Source: Pirellulales bacterium
Lineage (GTDB): Bacteria > Planctomycetota > Planctomycetia > Pirellulales > UBA1268
DNA: 58,177 bases
Direction of reading: 5' to 3'
NCBI GenBank assembly: GCA_040877375.1
Contig: JBBDNW010000231.1
Coordinates: 1 to 58,177 of the forward strand
A model generated the notes under the pieces. That model was not told where the DNA came from and did no database searches. It saw only the letters and a program-made list of their open reading frames with translations. Shown here piece by piece: positions 45,953-55,522 of this stretch (positions within the stretch are counted from its first letter, which is position 1; each line of letters opens with the position of its first letter). The position numbers and the translations under genes were made by a program.

Positions 45953-47452
45953 TCACGTCGACTGCTTCGCCGAAGCCGTGGCCCGCTTGAGCGCCTCCCG
46001 CATCACCTGCTGCGGCGGCTCGGTGCCGTGCCAGATCCGAAACTGGATCGCCGCCTGACGGACGAACATATCCACTCCGGTGACGATCCGGCATCCGACG
46101 CTGCGGGCCTCCTTGATGAGCAGGGTGTTCTCCGGATTGTAGACGGTGTCGAAGACAGCCATGTAGGGCCGAAGATGTTCCTTCTCATAGGGGCTCTCGT
46201 TGACGTTGGGATGCATGCCCACCGGCGTGGCGTTGACCACGCAGTCAAAAGGCATTCGATGACGGGCAGACCAGTCGACCGCCTTGCAGCCGACCTCGGC
46301 GGCGATTTTTCGTGCCCGTTCGACCGTCCGCGACGCGACCGTCACCTCGATTCCCCGCTGCTTGAGGCCGAAGGCCACGGCCCGGGCAGCACCCCCGGCG
46401 CCCAGCACGATCGCCGTCTTCACGCCGAGCCCATCTCCTCCCGAGGGCTGCTCGTCGGTCTCGAGCGCCGCCGCCAGACTTTCGACCGCGGCCGTCGCGT
46501 CGGTATTGGAGGCCACGATGCCGTTCGCGGCAAAGCTGAGCGTGTTGGCGGCGCCGATCGCCTTCACGAGGTCGTCGACGCGGGCGGCGTGGCGAAGCAC
46601 CGCCTCCTTGTGGGGTAGCGTCACGCTCAATCCTGCCAGCGGCCAGCGGGCGGAGGCCGAAAGAAACTCGTCGATTTGCTCGGCGGGCACGCGGAACGGC
46701 AGATAGACCGCATCGATGCCGGCGGCAGCGAGCGCCGCGTTGTGAACGACGGGGCTGAGGCTGTGGGCCACCGGATCGGCGACCACCCCGTAGATTCTGG
46801 TCGAGGGCTTGATCGAGTCGTAGCGATACATCTCCTGCATCTGCCGCCAGCCGATCTGGCCGGGGGCCAGAGCCCGGTCTTCGTTGAAGGTGGCGTATGT
46901 GAATGGTGCCCCGGACCTACCGGCCAAGACACGCGTCGGCACGCCGATGTCGCCCATGCAGATCCCCACGGTGGGCGATTTGCTCGCGTGCACCATCTCC
47001 AGCATCCGCAGGTTGTCAGTGGGATGGTTGGCCATCGTCGCGATCTTGATCACATCGGCGTCCATCGAGGCGAGCCGCTTGTGGAGATACGTGAGATTGG
47101 CAGGCGTCTTTTGGAAATCGTGGTGGCTCACGATCCGCTTCGTGGCCCCGTAGCGTGGCACGCCCGCCGCGACGTCGTCCTCGAGATCGACATAGTCGGC
47201 CCCTTCGACGATCGCCGTCCGCAAGAGTCGCAGCCGGGCATCCTCGGAATGCTCCCATCGGCCACCATCGGTCTTCCGACGGCAGGTGACGATGACAGGG
47301 CAGGGCCTGTCCTTGAGCAGCCGCTTCACCTGCACCTCGCCCTGCAGGTAATCGAGGCGAAGTTCGACGAGCCGGATGCCGTTGTCGACGAGGTGCTTGT
47401 GCTCGGCGATCACATGGCGATGACGTCCCCGGCCAATGCTCACGCAGATCAT
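45953..47452 (-). CDS. aroDE: Bifunctional 3-dehydroquinate dehydratase (type I) / shikimate 5-dehydrogenase
   Basis: Track ORF 45953..47656, with the start at MICVSIGRGRH (ATG 47450-47452). The AroD-like part is VELRLDYL...IVSHHDF. The AroE part is YGVVADPVAHSLSPVVHNA...LSVTLPHK...GAANT...VLGAGGAARA. Confidence 0.9.
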   Translation of the reverse strand: MICVSIGRGRHRHVIAEHKHLVDNGIRLVELRLDYLQGEVQVKRLLKDRPCPVIVTCRRKTDGGRWEHSEDARLRLLRTAIVEGADYVDLEDDVAAGVPRYGATKRIVSHHDFQKTPANLTYLHKRLASMDADVIKIATMANHPTDNLRMLEMVHASKSPTVGICMGDIGVPTRVLAGRSGAPFTYATFNEDRALAPGQIGWRQMQEMYRYDSIKPSTRIYGVVADPVAHSLSPVVHNAALAAAGIDAVYLPFRVPAEQIDEFLSASARWPLAGLSVTLPHKEAVLRHAARVDDLVKAIGAANTLSFAANGIVASNTDATAAVESLAAALETDEQPSGGDGLGVKTAIVLGAGGAARAVAFGLKQRGIEVTVASRTVERARKIAAEVGCKAVDWSARHRMPFDCVVNATPVGMHPNVNESPYEKEHLRPYMAVFDTVYNPENTLLIKEARSVGCRIVTGVDMFVRQAAIQFRIWHGTEPPQQVMREALKRATASAKQST

Positions 47453-47490
47453 GGATGTCTCCTTCCTGGCCGGCGACGAGGGCCAAGCCT

Positions 47491-49245
47491 TCAGGTGCGG
47501 CGAAACTGGCGGTCGAGTTCTTGCCGCGACAACGTGAGCGACGTCGGACGACCATGTGGACAATGATGCGACTCTTGAACGATCCGCCGCTCGCGGACGA
47601 GCGCGTCGACCTCGGCCTGCGAGAGCCGGTTTCCCGCCTTGATCGCCGCCCGGCATGCCAGTCCGTGGAGCACCTCGTCGACGAGCATGCCGGCGCCGCC
47701 CCCCGCAGCCGACGTGGCCGCCAGCCGATCGAGCACCTCGCGGACAAGGTCGGACGCCGGCGTATCACCCGCGAGCGCGGGCTTTGACGTGACGATCACC
47801 GTCGATCCGCCGAATGGCTCGACCCGCATGCCAGCCTGCTCCAGTGTGCCGGCATGCTCGCCGATCAGCTCCAGGGCTGCGGGATCGAGATCGAGCCGCT
47901 CGGGTACCAGCAGCGGCTGCACCTCCAGGCCGCCGGCCGCGACCGACGCCTTGAGCTTTTCATAAAGCAGTCGCTCATGGAGGGCGTGCTGATCGATGAC
48001 CTCGATGCCGTCGCCGCTCTCCACGACGATATACCGGTCGTGCATCTGCACGGCGCGTTCGTCCACCACAGACTCCTGCCGCTGCTCGTCACGTTCCCAG
48101 GCCGGCGACGGGCCACGCCCGCTCGGCGCCGAAAGTGCCGATTCCGACGAGGTCGCCCGGGGCGTGAACGGCTCAAACTCCGGAATGCGGGCCTGGATCG
48201 GGGCGGCATCGATCCGCGGCGGCTCCAGCCTTGTGGTGACGTTGCCAGCAAGAAACCGCGACCGCAGCGACGCGAGCACGAGCCGGTAGAGCCGCGAGGG
48301 CTCTCGGAACCGCACCTCCATCTTGGCGGGGTGGACGTTGACGTCGACCGCTTCGGGAGGCAGGTCGAACGACAGAAACACGATCGGCTGTCGACCCGAG
48401 AGCAGCAGGCCACGGTAGGCCTCCTGCACGGCATGCAGGATCGAGCGGTCGCGAAACGGCCGACCGCCGACAAATAGGTGCTGGAGCCGCGTGCTGGCCA
48501 TGTCGTCTTCCGGCCGACCGACGAAGCCGTGCACCGACACCTCGCCATCATCGGCTTCCACTTCGATCAGCCGGTCGCCGAGCGCCGGACCGAAAAGATC
48601 GGCGATCCTCGTCCGCCAGGAATCGGTGGCCGGAAGATCGTGGACGCGGCGGCCCTTGTCGGCCGAGGATGAACTGTGCGAGAGCGAAAGGGCCACGCCC
48701 GGATGGGCCAGCGCCGTCCGCACGAAGGCATCCGAGGCATGGGACCATTCGGTCTGGGCGGCGCGAAGGAAGGCCCGCCGCGCCGGCACGTTGCCGAAGA
48801 GCTGGTGCACCTCGACCGTCGTGCCGACAGCGCACCCGTCGGGCATCACCTCGCCGACCTTGCCGCCATCGACCGTGATCGTGGCCCCCGTGGCGTCGGG
48901 GGTGCGGGAGCGAATCACGAGCTGGGACACCTCGCCGATGCTCGCCAGTGCCTCGCCTCGGAAGCCAAGCGTGCCGATCCGCTCCAAGTCCTCGGCCACG
49001 CGGAGTTTGCTCGTGGCATGCGCCGTCACCGCCAGAGGCAGATCAGCGGCCTCGATGCCGCCACCGTCGTCGACCACCCGCACCAGCCCGATCCCACCCT
49101 GCTCGAGCGCGACTTCGATCCGGGTGGGGGCCGCGTCGAGCGCGTTCTCGAGAAGCTCCTTGACCACGCTCGCCGGCCGCTCCACCACCTCGCCGGCGGC
49201 GATGCGATTGACGACCGACATCGGGAGTTGATGGATGCGTCCCAT
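47491..49245 (-). CDS. mutL: DNA mismatch repair protein MutL
   Basis: Track ORF 47491..49368, with the start at MGRIHQLPMSVVNRIAAGEVVERPASVVKELLENALDA (ATG 49243-49245). The C-terminal endonuclease-type region is CPHGRPT. Confidence 0.95.
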   Translation of the reverse strand: MGRIHQLPMSVVNRIAAGEVVERPASVVKELLENALDAAPTRIEVALEQGGIGLVRVVDDGGGIEAADLPLAVTAHATSKLRVAEDLERIGTLGFRGEALASIGEVSQLVIRSRTPDATGATITVDGGKVGEVMPDGCAVGTTVEVHQLFGNVPARRAFLRAAQTEWSHASDAFVRTALAHPGVALSLSHSSSSADKGRRVHDLPATDSWRTRIADLFGPALGDRLIEVEADDGEVSVHGFVGRPEDDMASTRLQHLFVGGRPFRDRSILHAVQEAYRGLLLSGRQPIVFLSFDLPPEAVDVNVHPAKMEVRFREPSRLYRLVLASLRSRFLAGNVTTRLEPPRIDAAPIQARIPEFEPFTPRATSSESALSAPSGRGPSPAWERDEQRQESVVDERAVQMHDRYIVVESGDGIEVIDQHALHERLLYEKLKASVAAGGLEVQPLLVPERLDLDPAALELIGEHAGTLEQAGMRVEPFGGSTVIVTSKPALAGDTPASDLVREVLDRLAATSAAGGGAGMLVDEVLHGLACRAAIKAGNRLSQAEVDALVRERRIVQESHHCPHGRPTSLTLSRQELDRQFRRT

Positions 49246-49258
49246 GCGTGCCAGCGGC

Positions 49259-50704
49259 TCAGCCGAGCTGGTATTCCTTGATTTTTCGATACAAGGTCCG
49301 CTCGCCGATCCCGAGCAGGTCAGCCGCCTGCTCGCGATTGCCACCGGTGAGTTTGAGCGTCTCGGCAATGAAGATCTTCTCGACCTCCTCGAGTGGCCGG
49401 CCCACGAGTGCGGCGAGCCCCGACTGCATGTCGACCGGACCGGCCGCGACCGCCGTGTCGGGCTCGAGTTCTAGCGGCAGGTCGTCAACGTCGAGCATCT
49501 CGTCGCAGTCGACCACTACCATGCTTTCGATCACGTTCTTGAGCTGTCGCACATTGCCTGGCCAGGCGTACGAAGCGAGTTTCACCCGCGCCGCTAGCGA
49601 CATGCCCTTGATCGTCTTGGCGTGCCGCTTCGCGAAATGCCTCACAAAATGCTCGATCAGGAGCGGGATGTCGGCGGCCCGGTCGCGGAGCGGCGGGATG
49701 GCGATCGTCACCACCTTGAGACGGTGGTAGAGGTCGCTGCGGAAGGGCCCGCTCGCGATCGCATCCTCAAGGTTGCGGTTGGTGGCCGACAGGATCCGCA
49801 CGTTGACGCGAACGGGCGTGTTGGACCCGACTCGCGTGATCTCCCCCGATTCAAGCACCCGCAGGAGCTTGATCTGCGTCGCCATCGGCATGTCGCCGAC
49901 CTCGTCGAGAAACAGCGTGCCGCCGTGGGCATATTCAAACTTGCCGATCCGGTCGTTGGAGGCGTCGGTGAAGGCGCCGCGGACGTGGCCGAAGAGCTCA
50001 CTCTCGAGGATGTTCTCGCTCAAGGCGGCGCAGTTGAGCGCCACGAAGGGCTTGTTCTTCCGGGGGCTGTTCTGATGAATCGCCTGGGCGACAAGCTCCT
50101 TGCCGGTACCGGTCTCCCCCTGGATGAGCACGGTGGCGTCGGTGGGGGCGATCCGCTTGAGCCGCTCGATGAGCCCAAGCATCTGCGGGCTCGACCCGAT
50201 GACCCCCTCGAAGCCGAACTTCTCGTCGAGCCGGCGATGGAGTTCCTGATTTTGTCGCCGCAGCCGCACTCCCTCGGCCGCCTTCTCGACCGCTGCCCGC
50301 AGGTGGGCCATGTCGAGCGGCTTCTGCAGGTAAGTGAAGGCGCCCTGCTGCATCGCCGACACGGCCGATGGAATCGTGCCGTGGCCGGTCACCACGATCA
50401 CCTCCGTCTCGGCCGCCGCCTTCTTCGCCCGGGCGAGGATCTCGAGGCCGCCGATGTCGTTCATCATCAGGTCGGTGACCACGATGTCGAACGCCTCCGA
50501 CTCGATCTTGCGGCTTCCGTCGGCACCGCTCCCCACCACCGTCACCTGATGACCGAGCCTGGCAAGCACCTCGCCCATCGTGCGGGCATGGACGATGTCG
50601 TTGTCAACCACGAGCACCCGGATTGCCGACGGCCCCTCCGCCGGGGAGGCAGCCTCGGAAGAGGCCTCGGGGAGACGAGATGGTGCTGCGGTGGAAGACA
50701 TCAT
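49259..50704 (-). CDS. Sigma-54-dependent response regulator (NtrC family: REC + AAA+ + Fis-type HTH)
   Basis: REC: VLVVDND...[11 protein letters not shown]+: [28 protein letters not shown]-terminal HTH: [25 protein letters not shown]. Confidence 0.92.
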   Translation of the reverse strand: MMSSTAAPSRLPEASSEAASPAEGPSAIRVLVVDNDIVHARTMGEVLARLGHQVTVVGSGADGSRKIESEAFDIVVTDLMMNDIGGLEILARAKKAAAETEVIVVTGHGTIPSAVSAMQQGAFTYLQKPLDMAHLRAAVEKAAEGVRLRRQNQELHRRLDEKFGFEGVIGSSPQMLGLIERLKRIAPTDATVLIQGETGTGKELVAQAIHQNSPRKNKPFVALNCAALSENILESELFGHVRGAFTDASNDRIGKFEYAHGGTLFLDEVGDMPMATQIKLLRVLESGEITRVGSNTPVRVNVRILSATNRNLEDAIASGPFRSDLYHRLKVVTIAIPPLRDRAADIPLLIEHFVRHFAKRHAKTIKGMSLAARVKLASYAWPGNVRQLKNVIESMVVVDCDEMLDVDDLPLELEPDTAVAAGPVDMQSGLAALVGRPLEEVEKIFIAETLKLTGGNREQAADLLGIGERTLYRKIKEYQLG

Positions 50705-50752
50705 GGGGATGGTACGAAGCCCGCGGGGCGGGCGTCCAGTTGCCGCAGCGGC

Positions 50753-51523
50753 TCACGCCAGTGAGGCGGGCCCATCTATTTTGCCAGACCGCGGCAGCCG
50801 GGGTGGTGCGGGCAACCAGATTGCGACCTTGGTGCCCCTGCCCGGCGCGCTTTCGACGTCGATCGTGCCGCCGTGGGCTTCGACGATCTTGCGTGCGGTG
50901 GGCAGGCCAAGGCCGGAGCCCCCCTGTTTCGTCGTGTAGAAAGCGCTAAAGACCTTGCCGAGGGTTTCGGAATCCATACCCGGGCCGGTGTCGATGAGTT
51001 CCAAGAGCACGCCCAGGCCTGAGGGCCGGGTGCGAACCACGAGCTGACCGCCTCCGTCCATCGCCTGCACGGCGTTGATCAGGAGGTTGAGCACGGCGGA
51101 GCGGAAGGTTTCGCGGTCGAGCCGAACGGCTGGGAGCTCCGGATCGAGGTAGCGGATGAGTTCCACGCCCACGTCCTTGGCGCGAATCTCGAAGAAGTCG
51201 AGCAACTGCCCGATCTCGGTGTTGAGGTTGCCCGGCTCGAGAGTCAGCGACTCCTGCCGGGCAAAGTCGAGGAAGTCACCCAGCAGCTTCTGAAGCCGGT
51301 CGCACTCCTGCCGCACCAGGTCGATCTTGGCCTTCGCCCGCCGGTCCCGCTGCTTGGTCGGCGAGTCGGGGTCGGTGCTCTCGAAATCCTCAGCGAGGAG
51401 TTCCATGTTGAGACGGATCGTCGACAGCGGGTTGCGGATCTCGTGGGCAAGCCCGCCCACGAGAGCCGCAAACTCCGCATATGTCTCGGCTTGCGAGCGG
51501 TCAGAATCGTCAACTGACGACAT
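50753..51523 (-). CDS. Soluble sensor histidine kinase (HisKA + HATPase_c), likely partner of the NtrC-type regulator
   Basis: Track ORF 50753..51583, with the start at MSSVDDSD (ATG 51521-51523). The H-box is GGLAHEIRNPLSTI. N/G boxes: LLINAVQAM, DTGPGM, GGSGLGL. Confidence 0.85.
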   Translation of the reverse strand: MSSVDDSDRSQAETYAEFAALVGGLAHEIRNPLSTIRLNMELLAEDFESTDPDSPTKQRDRRAKAKIDLVRQECDRLQKLLGDFLDFARQESLTLEPGNLNTEIGQLLDFFEIRAKDVGVELIRYLDPELPAVRLDRETFRSAVLNLLINAVQAMDGGGQLVVRTRPSGLGVLLELIDTGPGMDSETLGKVFSAFYTTKQGGSGLGLPTARKIVEAHGGTIDVESAPGRGTKVAIWLPAPPRLPRSGKIDGPASLA

Positions 51524-51560
51524 GGCCGGCTCCGATCTCACAAGGCACCGATGACGACCT

Positions 51561-53702
51561 TCACTCCGCGGCGGGAGCGCCACCCGCCGCCTCGGCCTGC
51601 TCCCGCATCGCCGCCTTGCGGCTGAGCTTGACGCGGTCCTGATCGTCGACGGCGATCACCTTCACCCGCATGACGTCGCCGATCCGGCAGAAGTCACCGA
51701 CACTCTTCACGAAATCGTCGGAAAGCTCGCTCACGTGGCAGAGGCCATCCTTGCCAGGAACAAGTTCGACGAACGCGCCGAAGTCTTTGATGCTGGTGAC
51801 CCGTCCCTCGTAGATCCGACCGACCTGGATCGAAGCGGTGAGGCCCTCGATCTGTGCCATGGCTGCCATCGCACCCTCGGCGTCGTGGCTGGCCACGGTC
51901 ACCGTGCCGTCGTCCTCAACGTCGATGTTCGCGCCGGTCTGCTCTTGGATGGCACGGATCGTCTTCCCGCCCGGGCCGATCAGAAGGCCGATCTTCTGGG
52001 GATCGATCCGCGTTCGCAACAGCCGCGGCGCCCAGATCGAAATCTCCGGACGCGGCCGACGGATCGCCGAGAGCATCGATCGCAGGATGTCGAGTCGGGC
52101 CTCCCGGGACTGTCGCAGCGTCGCCTCGACGATCGCCAGCGAGATGCCGGTGATCTTGAGGTCGAGCTGGATGCCGGTGATACCGTTTTGCGTGCCGGCG
52201 ATCTTGAAGTCCATGTCGCCGTAGTGGTCTTCGTCACCGATGATGTCGGTGAGCAATACCCAGCGATCATCGTTCTCCTTGACCAGCCCGACCGAGATGC
52301 CGGCCACCGGATGGGAGATCGGCACGCCAGCGGCCATCAGGCCGAGGGTGGCACCGCAAACACTCGCCATCGAACTCGAGCCGTTTGACTCGAGGATGTC
52401 GGAGATCACGCGGATCGTGTAGGGAAACACATCCGGATCGGGCAGCACTGGCTTCACACTCCGCTCGGCGAGCGCTCCGTGGCCGAACTCGCGACGGCCG
52501 GGACCGCGGATCGGACGGCACTCGCCGACCGAGTAGGAGGGGAAGTAGTAGTCGAGCATGAACTTCTTCGAGTATTCCTCGATCAGGCCATCGACCCGCT
52601 GCTCGTCCCGGCCGGTGCCGAGCGTGATCGTGACGAGCGCTTGCGTCTCGCCGCGCTGAAAGAGCGCCGAGCCGTGCACCCGCGGAAGCATGTCGACCTC
52701 GCAGTGGATTGCACGCAAGGTCTTGTGGTCGCGACCGTCGGGACGCTTGCCCTCGAGGATCAGTTCGCGGACCGCCCGTTCCTCGAGCCCATGCCAGACA
52801 TGCGAAAAATCGGCGTCGCTGATGCCGCCCGCCGCGCCCGGCTTGAAGTTGAACGCGGGCTCCGTCGGAGCGACGGCGGCCTTCGCCTTCTCCTTGAGCG
52901 CCTTCACAGCCTGGCCGCGATCCGCCTTCACGAGCGTCGACTTGGCGACCTTGAGTTCGCCGAGGAAGTCACGAGTGAGGCGGTCGCGAAGCGCTGAGTA
53001 GTCGGCCAGCACGTATTCCTTCTTGGGCTTGCCTGCCTTGCGGACGAGTTCGTCCTGCATCTCACAGAGCACGCGGATGACGCGATGCGCCTCCTCGAGA
53101 GCCTGGAGCATCCGATCCTCGGGCATTTCTCGGGCAAAGCCCTCGATCATGCAGATCGCGGTCGGACTGCCTGAGACGACGAGGTCGAGGTCACTCTCCT
53201 CGAGTTGGTCGATCGAGGGAAACGGCACGAAGCGGCCGTCGATCTGGGCCAGCCTGACGCTACCGATCGGGCCATGGAAGGGCAGGGGCGAGACGCACAG
53301 GGCGGCCGACGCGCCGATCATGGCCAGCACGTCGGGATCGTTCTGCCGGTCGCTGGCCAGCACGTTGGCCTGAATCTGGACCTCGTCGAAGAAGCCCTCC
53401 GGGAAGAGAGGCCGAATGGGGCGGTCCATCAGCCGCGCCGTGAGCGTTTCCTTGAGCGTCGGCCGGCCTTCACGCTTGAGGAAACCGCCAGGAAACTTGC
53501 CGGCAGCGGCAACCCGCTCGCGGTAGTCGCACGTCAGCGGAAAGAAGTCGATGCCCGCGCGGGGCGCTCCAGTGGCGGAGGCCACGAGCACGACCGTGTC
53601 ACCGTAGGTGACGAGCACGCTGCCCGCCGCCTGCTTGGCCAAAAAGCCAGTTTCGATCGAGAGGACATGGTCGCCGATTTGTCGTTCAACGCGCTGCTTC
53701 AA
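51561..53702 (-). CDS. pnp: Polyribonucleotide nucleotidyltransferase (PNPase)
   Basis: It has two RNase PH domains (GRREFGHGALAERS), a KH domain (IGPGGKTIRAIQE) and an S1 domain (GRVTSIKDFGAFVEL). Confidence 0.97.
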   Translation of the reverse strand: MKQRVERQIGDHVLSIETGFLAKQAAGSVLVTYGDTVVLVASATGAPRAGIDFFPLTCDYRERVAAAGKFPGGFLKREGRPTLKETLTARLMDRPIRPLFPEGFFDEVQIQANVLASDRQNDPDVLAMIGASAALCVSPLPFHGPIGSVRLAQIDGRFVPFPSIDQLEESDLDLVVSGSPTAICMIEGFAREMPEDRMLQALEEAHRVIRVLCEMQDELVRKAGKPKKEYVLADYSALRDRLTRDFLGELKVAKSTLVKADRGQAVKALKEKAKAAVAPTEPAFNFKPGAAGGISDADFSHVWHGLEERAVRELILEGKRPDGRDHKTLRAIHCEVDMLPRVHGSALFQRGETQALVTITLGTGRDEQRVDGLIEEYSKKFMLDYYFPSYSVGECRPIRGPGRREFGHGALAERSVKPVLPDPDVFPYTIRVISDILESNGSSSMASVCGATLGLMAAGVPISHPVAGISVGLVKENDDRWVLLTDIIGDEDHYGDMDFKIAGTQNGITGIQLDLKITGISLAIVEATLRQSREARLDILRSMLSAIRRPRPEISIWAPRLLRTRIDPQKIGLLIGPGGKTIRAIQEQTGANIDVEDDGTVTVASHDAEGAMAAMAQIEGLTASIQVGRIYEGRVTSIKDFGAFVELVPGKDGLCHVSELSDDFVKSVGDFCRIGDVMRVKVIAVDDQDRVKLSRKAAMREQAEAAGGAPAAE

Positions 53703-53943
53703 GGTTGCTTCCCGTTTCCTTCCTTACGTGCCCACCTCGCGACCACAAGGTCGCGGACTGGCGAGCATGCCAATATCAGTCCGTGCCGAACACACCGGAG
53801 CGTCCGGGCGATCCTCTTCCATGCGGATACTTCTGCCCACACGCACTGCACGACACAGCACGCGGGCGAGCCCGCACCAATCAACGCCAGCCATTGGAGC
53901 CCCATCGAAGCCCCAAGAGCAACGCTCTCGGGAGTACGATCCG

Positions 53944-54213
53944 CTATTTGCGGATTTCCAGGCGACGGATGATGTCCAGATACCGCTGCGGAGAAATCCG
54001 CTTGAGGTAGTCGAGAAGCCTGCGGCGACGGCTCACCATCATCAGCAGACCGCGCCGGCTGGCGAAGTCTTTGGAATGCTTCTTGAAGTGACCCGTCAGG
54101 TGCGAGATCCGCCCGGTCAGGAGGGCGATCTGAATCTCGGCAGAACCGGTGTCAGCGGTTCCCCGCTGGTTGGCACCGATCAACTCTTGCTTACGTTCTT
54201 TTGTGAGCGACAT
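53944..54213 (-). CDS. rpsO: 30S ribosomal protein S15
   Basis: This is the C-terminal 89 aa of track ORF 53944..54396: MSLTKERKQELIGANQRGTADTGSAEIQIALLTGRISHLTGHFKKHSKDFASRRGLLMMVSRRRRLLDYL (ATG 54211-54213). Confidence 0.92.
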   Translation of the reverse strand: MSLTKERKQELIGANQRGTADTGSAEIQIALLTGRISHLTGHFKKHSKDFASRRGLLMMVSRRRRLLDYLKRISPQRYLDIIRRLEIRK

Positions 54214-54223
54214 CAGCCGACAT

Positions 54224-54240
54224 CCACCCTTCATGGGTGG
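54224..54240 (-). promoter_or_regulatory. Hairpin in the rpsO 5' leader that includes the Shine-Dalgarno-like purine tract
   Basis: Minus strand: ccaccc-augaa-gggugg, ending 10 nt before the AUG. Confidence 0.35.
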
Positions 54241-54313
54241 CATTGATTGTTTGAAAGAGGATTCGTGGCCAAGAGTGTAACCAGCCAACTGAAAAATGCA
54301 ACTGGCTCGCCAA

Positions 54314-55411
54314 TCATGACTGCCCGCCGACGGCGTGAGCCCCACGTTTCCTGCTGATTCCGCTCGGCGTGTGAACCACGTTCCAGACGAGTCCAAGTTT
54401 CTCCAGGCCCGTGATCACCCAGTAAGTCGGGTCGAACTCCCACCACCGGTGGCCGTGCGCCGCCATCCGCTGGTACGCGTGATGGTTGTTGTGCCACCCC
54501 TCGCCGAAAGCCAGCAGTCCGACCCACCAGAGGTTGCGGGAATCGTCGGTCGTCTCGTAGTTGCGATAGCCCCACATGTGCGTGGCGGAATTCACGAGCC
54601 AGGTGATGTGAAACACGATCACCATCCGTAGCGCAAGCCCCCAGATCAGCCACGAGATGCCCGTGAACCGGCCGTAGAGGTACCAGCCCGAGCCGAGCAG
54701 TGTGGCTCCGATAAGGATGTGCCAGAGCAGGAACGTCTTGTGCAGAAACACCACGCCCTTGTCCTTGACGAGATCGGGCGCCCAACGCTTCGTGTGCGCC
54801 TGGAGTTCGGCGGCCGTGTGCAGCGGGAAAATCCAGAGCATGTGGGCCCAGAGGCCTCCGTCCTGCGGCGAATGCGGGTCACCATCCTGATCGCTGAACG
54901 CATGATGTTTGCGGTGATTGGCCACCCAGTCGATCGCCGATCCCTCCCCCGAAACTCCACCGAGAAAGGCGAACAGGAACCGCATCGCACTCGATGTCTG
55001 GAAACTGCCGTGGGTAAGCAGTCGGTGATAACCAAGGCAGACTCCCAGGCCGCCGGTGACCCAGTAGAGCGCCATACAGATGGCGAAACCGGACCACGTG
55101 AAACAGAACGGGGCGGCAAGTGCCGCGAGGTGCACGCCCCCGATCCAGATCAAGGCGGGCCAGTCGAGATCTTTTGAGGAGTCGCGGAGCCCTTCGCGCC
55201 TCGGCTCTTGTTTTTCCACCGCCAGCGGATCGTGGATCGCGGACCGGCCAAACTCCTCGACGTCGTCGGCGACGGCCGTCGCCGAACCTGAGGCATACGC
55301 GGAAGTGTCTTCGATCGGCAAGGACGAGTGCGGGCGGGGCGGCATCGTGCGACCTCGAATGTTTTTTAGGGAGGGGAAGGGGGTGCTGGCGAACACCGCC
55401 GACTCAGTCAA
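54314..55411 (-). CDS. Acyl-CoA/acyl-lipid delta-9-type fatty acid desaturase
   Basis: Three His boxes: HRLLTHGSF, HRKHHAFSDQDGDPHSP, EGWHNNHHAYQ. The start is uncertain; the alternative is ATG 55345. Confidence 0.88.
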   Translation of the reverse strand: MTESAVFASTPFPSLKNIRGRTMPPRPHSSLPIEDTSAYASGSATAVADDVEEFGRSAIHDPLAVEKQEPRREGLRDSSKDLDWPALIWIGGVHLAALAAPFCFTWSGFAICMALYWVTGGLGVCLGYHRLLTHGSFQTSSAMRFLFAFLGGVSGEGSAIDWVANHRKHHAFSDQDGDPHSPQDGGLWAHMLWIFPLHTAAELQAHTKRWAPDLVKDKGVVFLHKTFLLWHILIGATLLGSGWYLYGRFTGISWLIWGLALRMVIVFHITWLVNSATHMWGYRNYETTDDSRNLWWVGLLAFGEGWHNNHHAYQRMAAHGHRWWEFDPTYWVITGLEKLGLVWNVVHTPSGISRKRGAHAVGGQS

Positions 55412-55522
55412 CCGGCTATCGCGTTCCTGCCGTCATCGGCAGGTCTCCTACTGTGACGTCAGCCGGGCTTTTCGGGCAGCCTAGTGTCGTCAGGCTCTGG
55501 TCCGACACATGTCAAAACTGTG

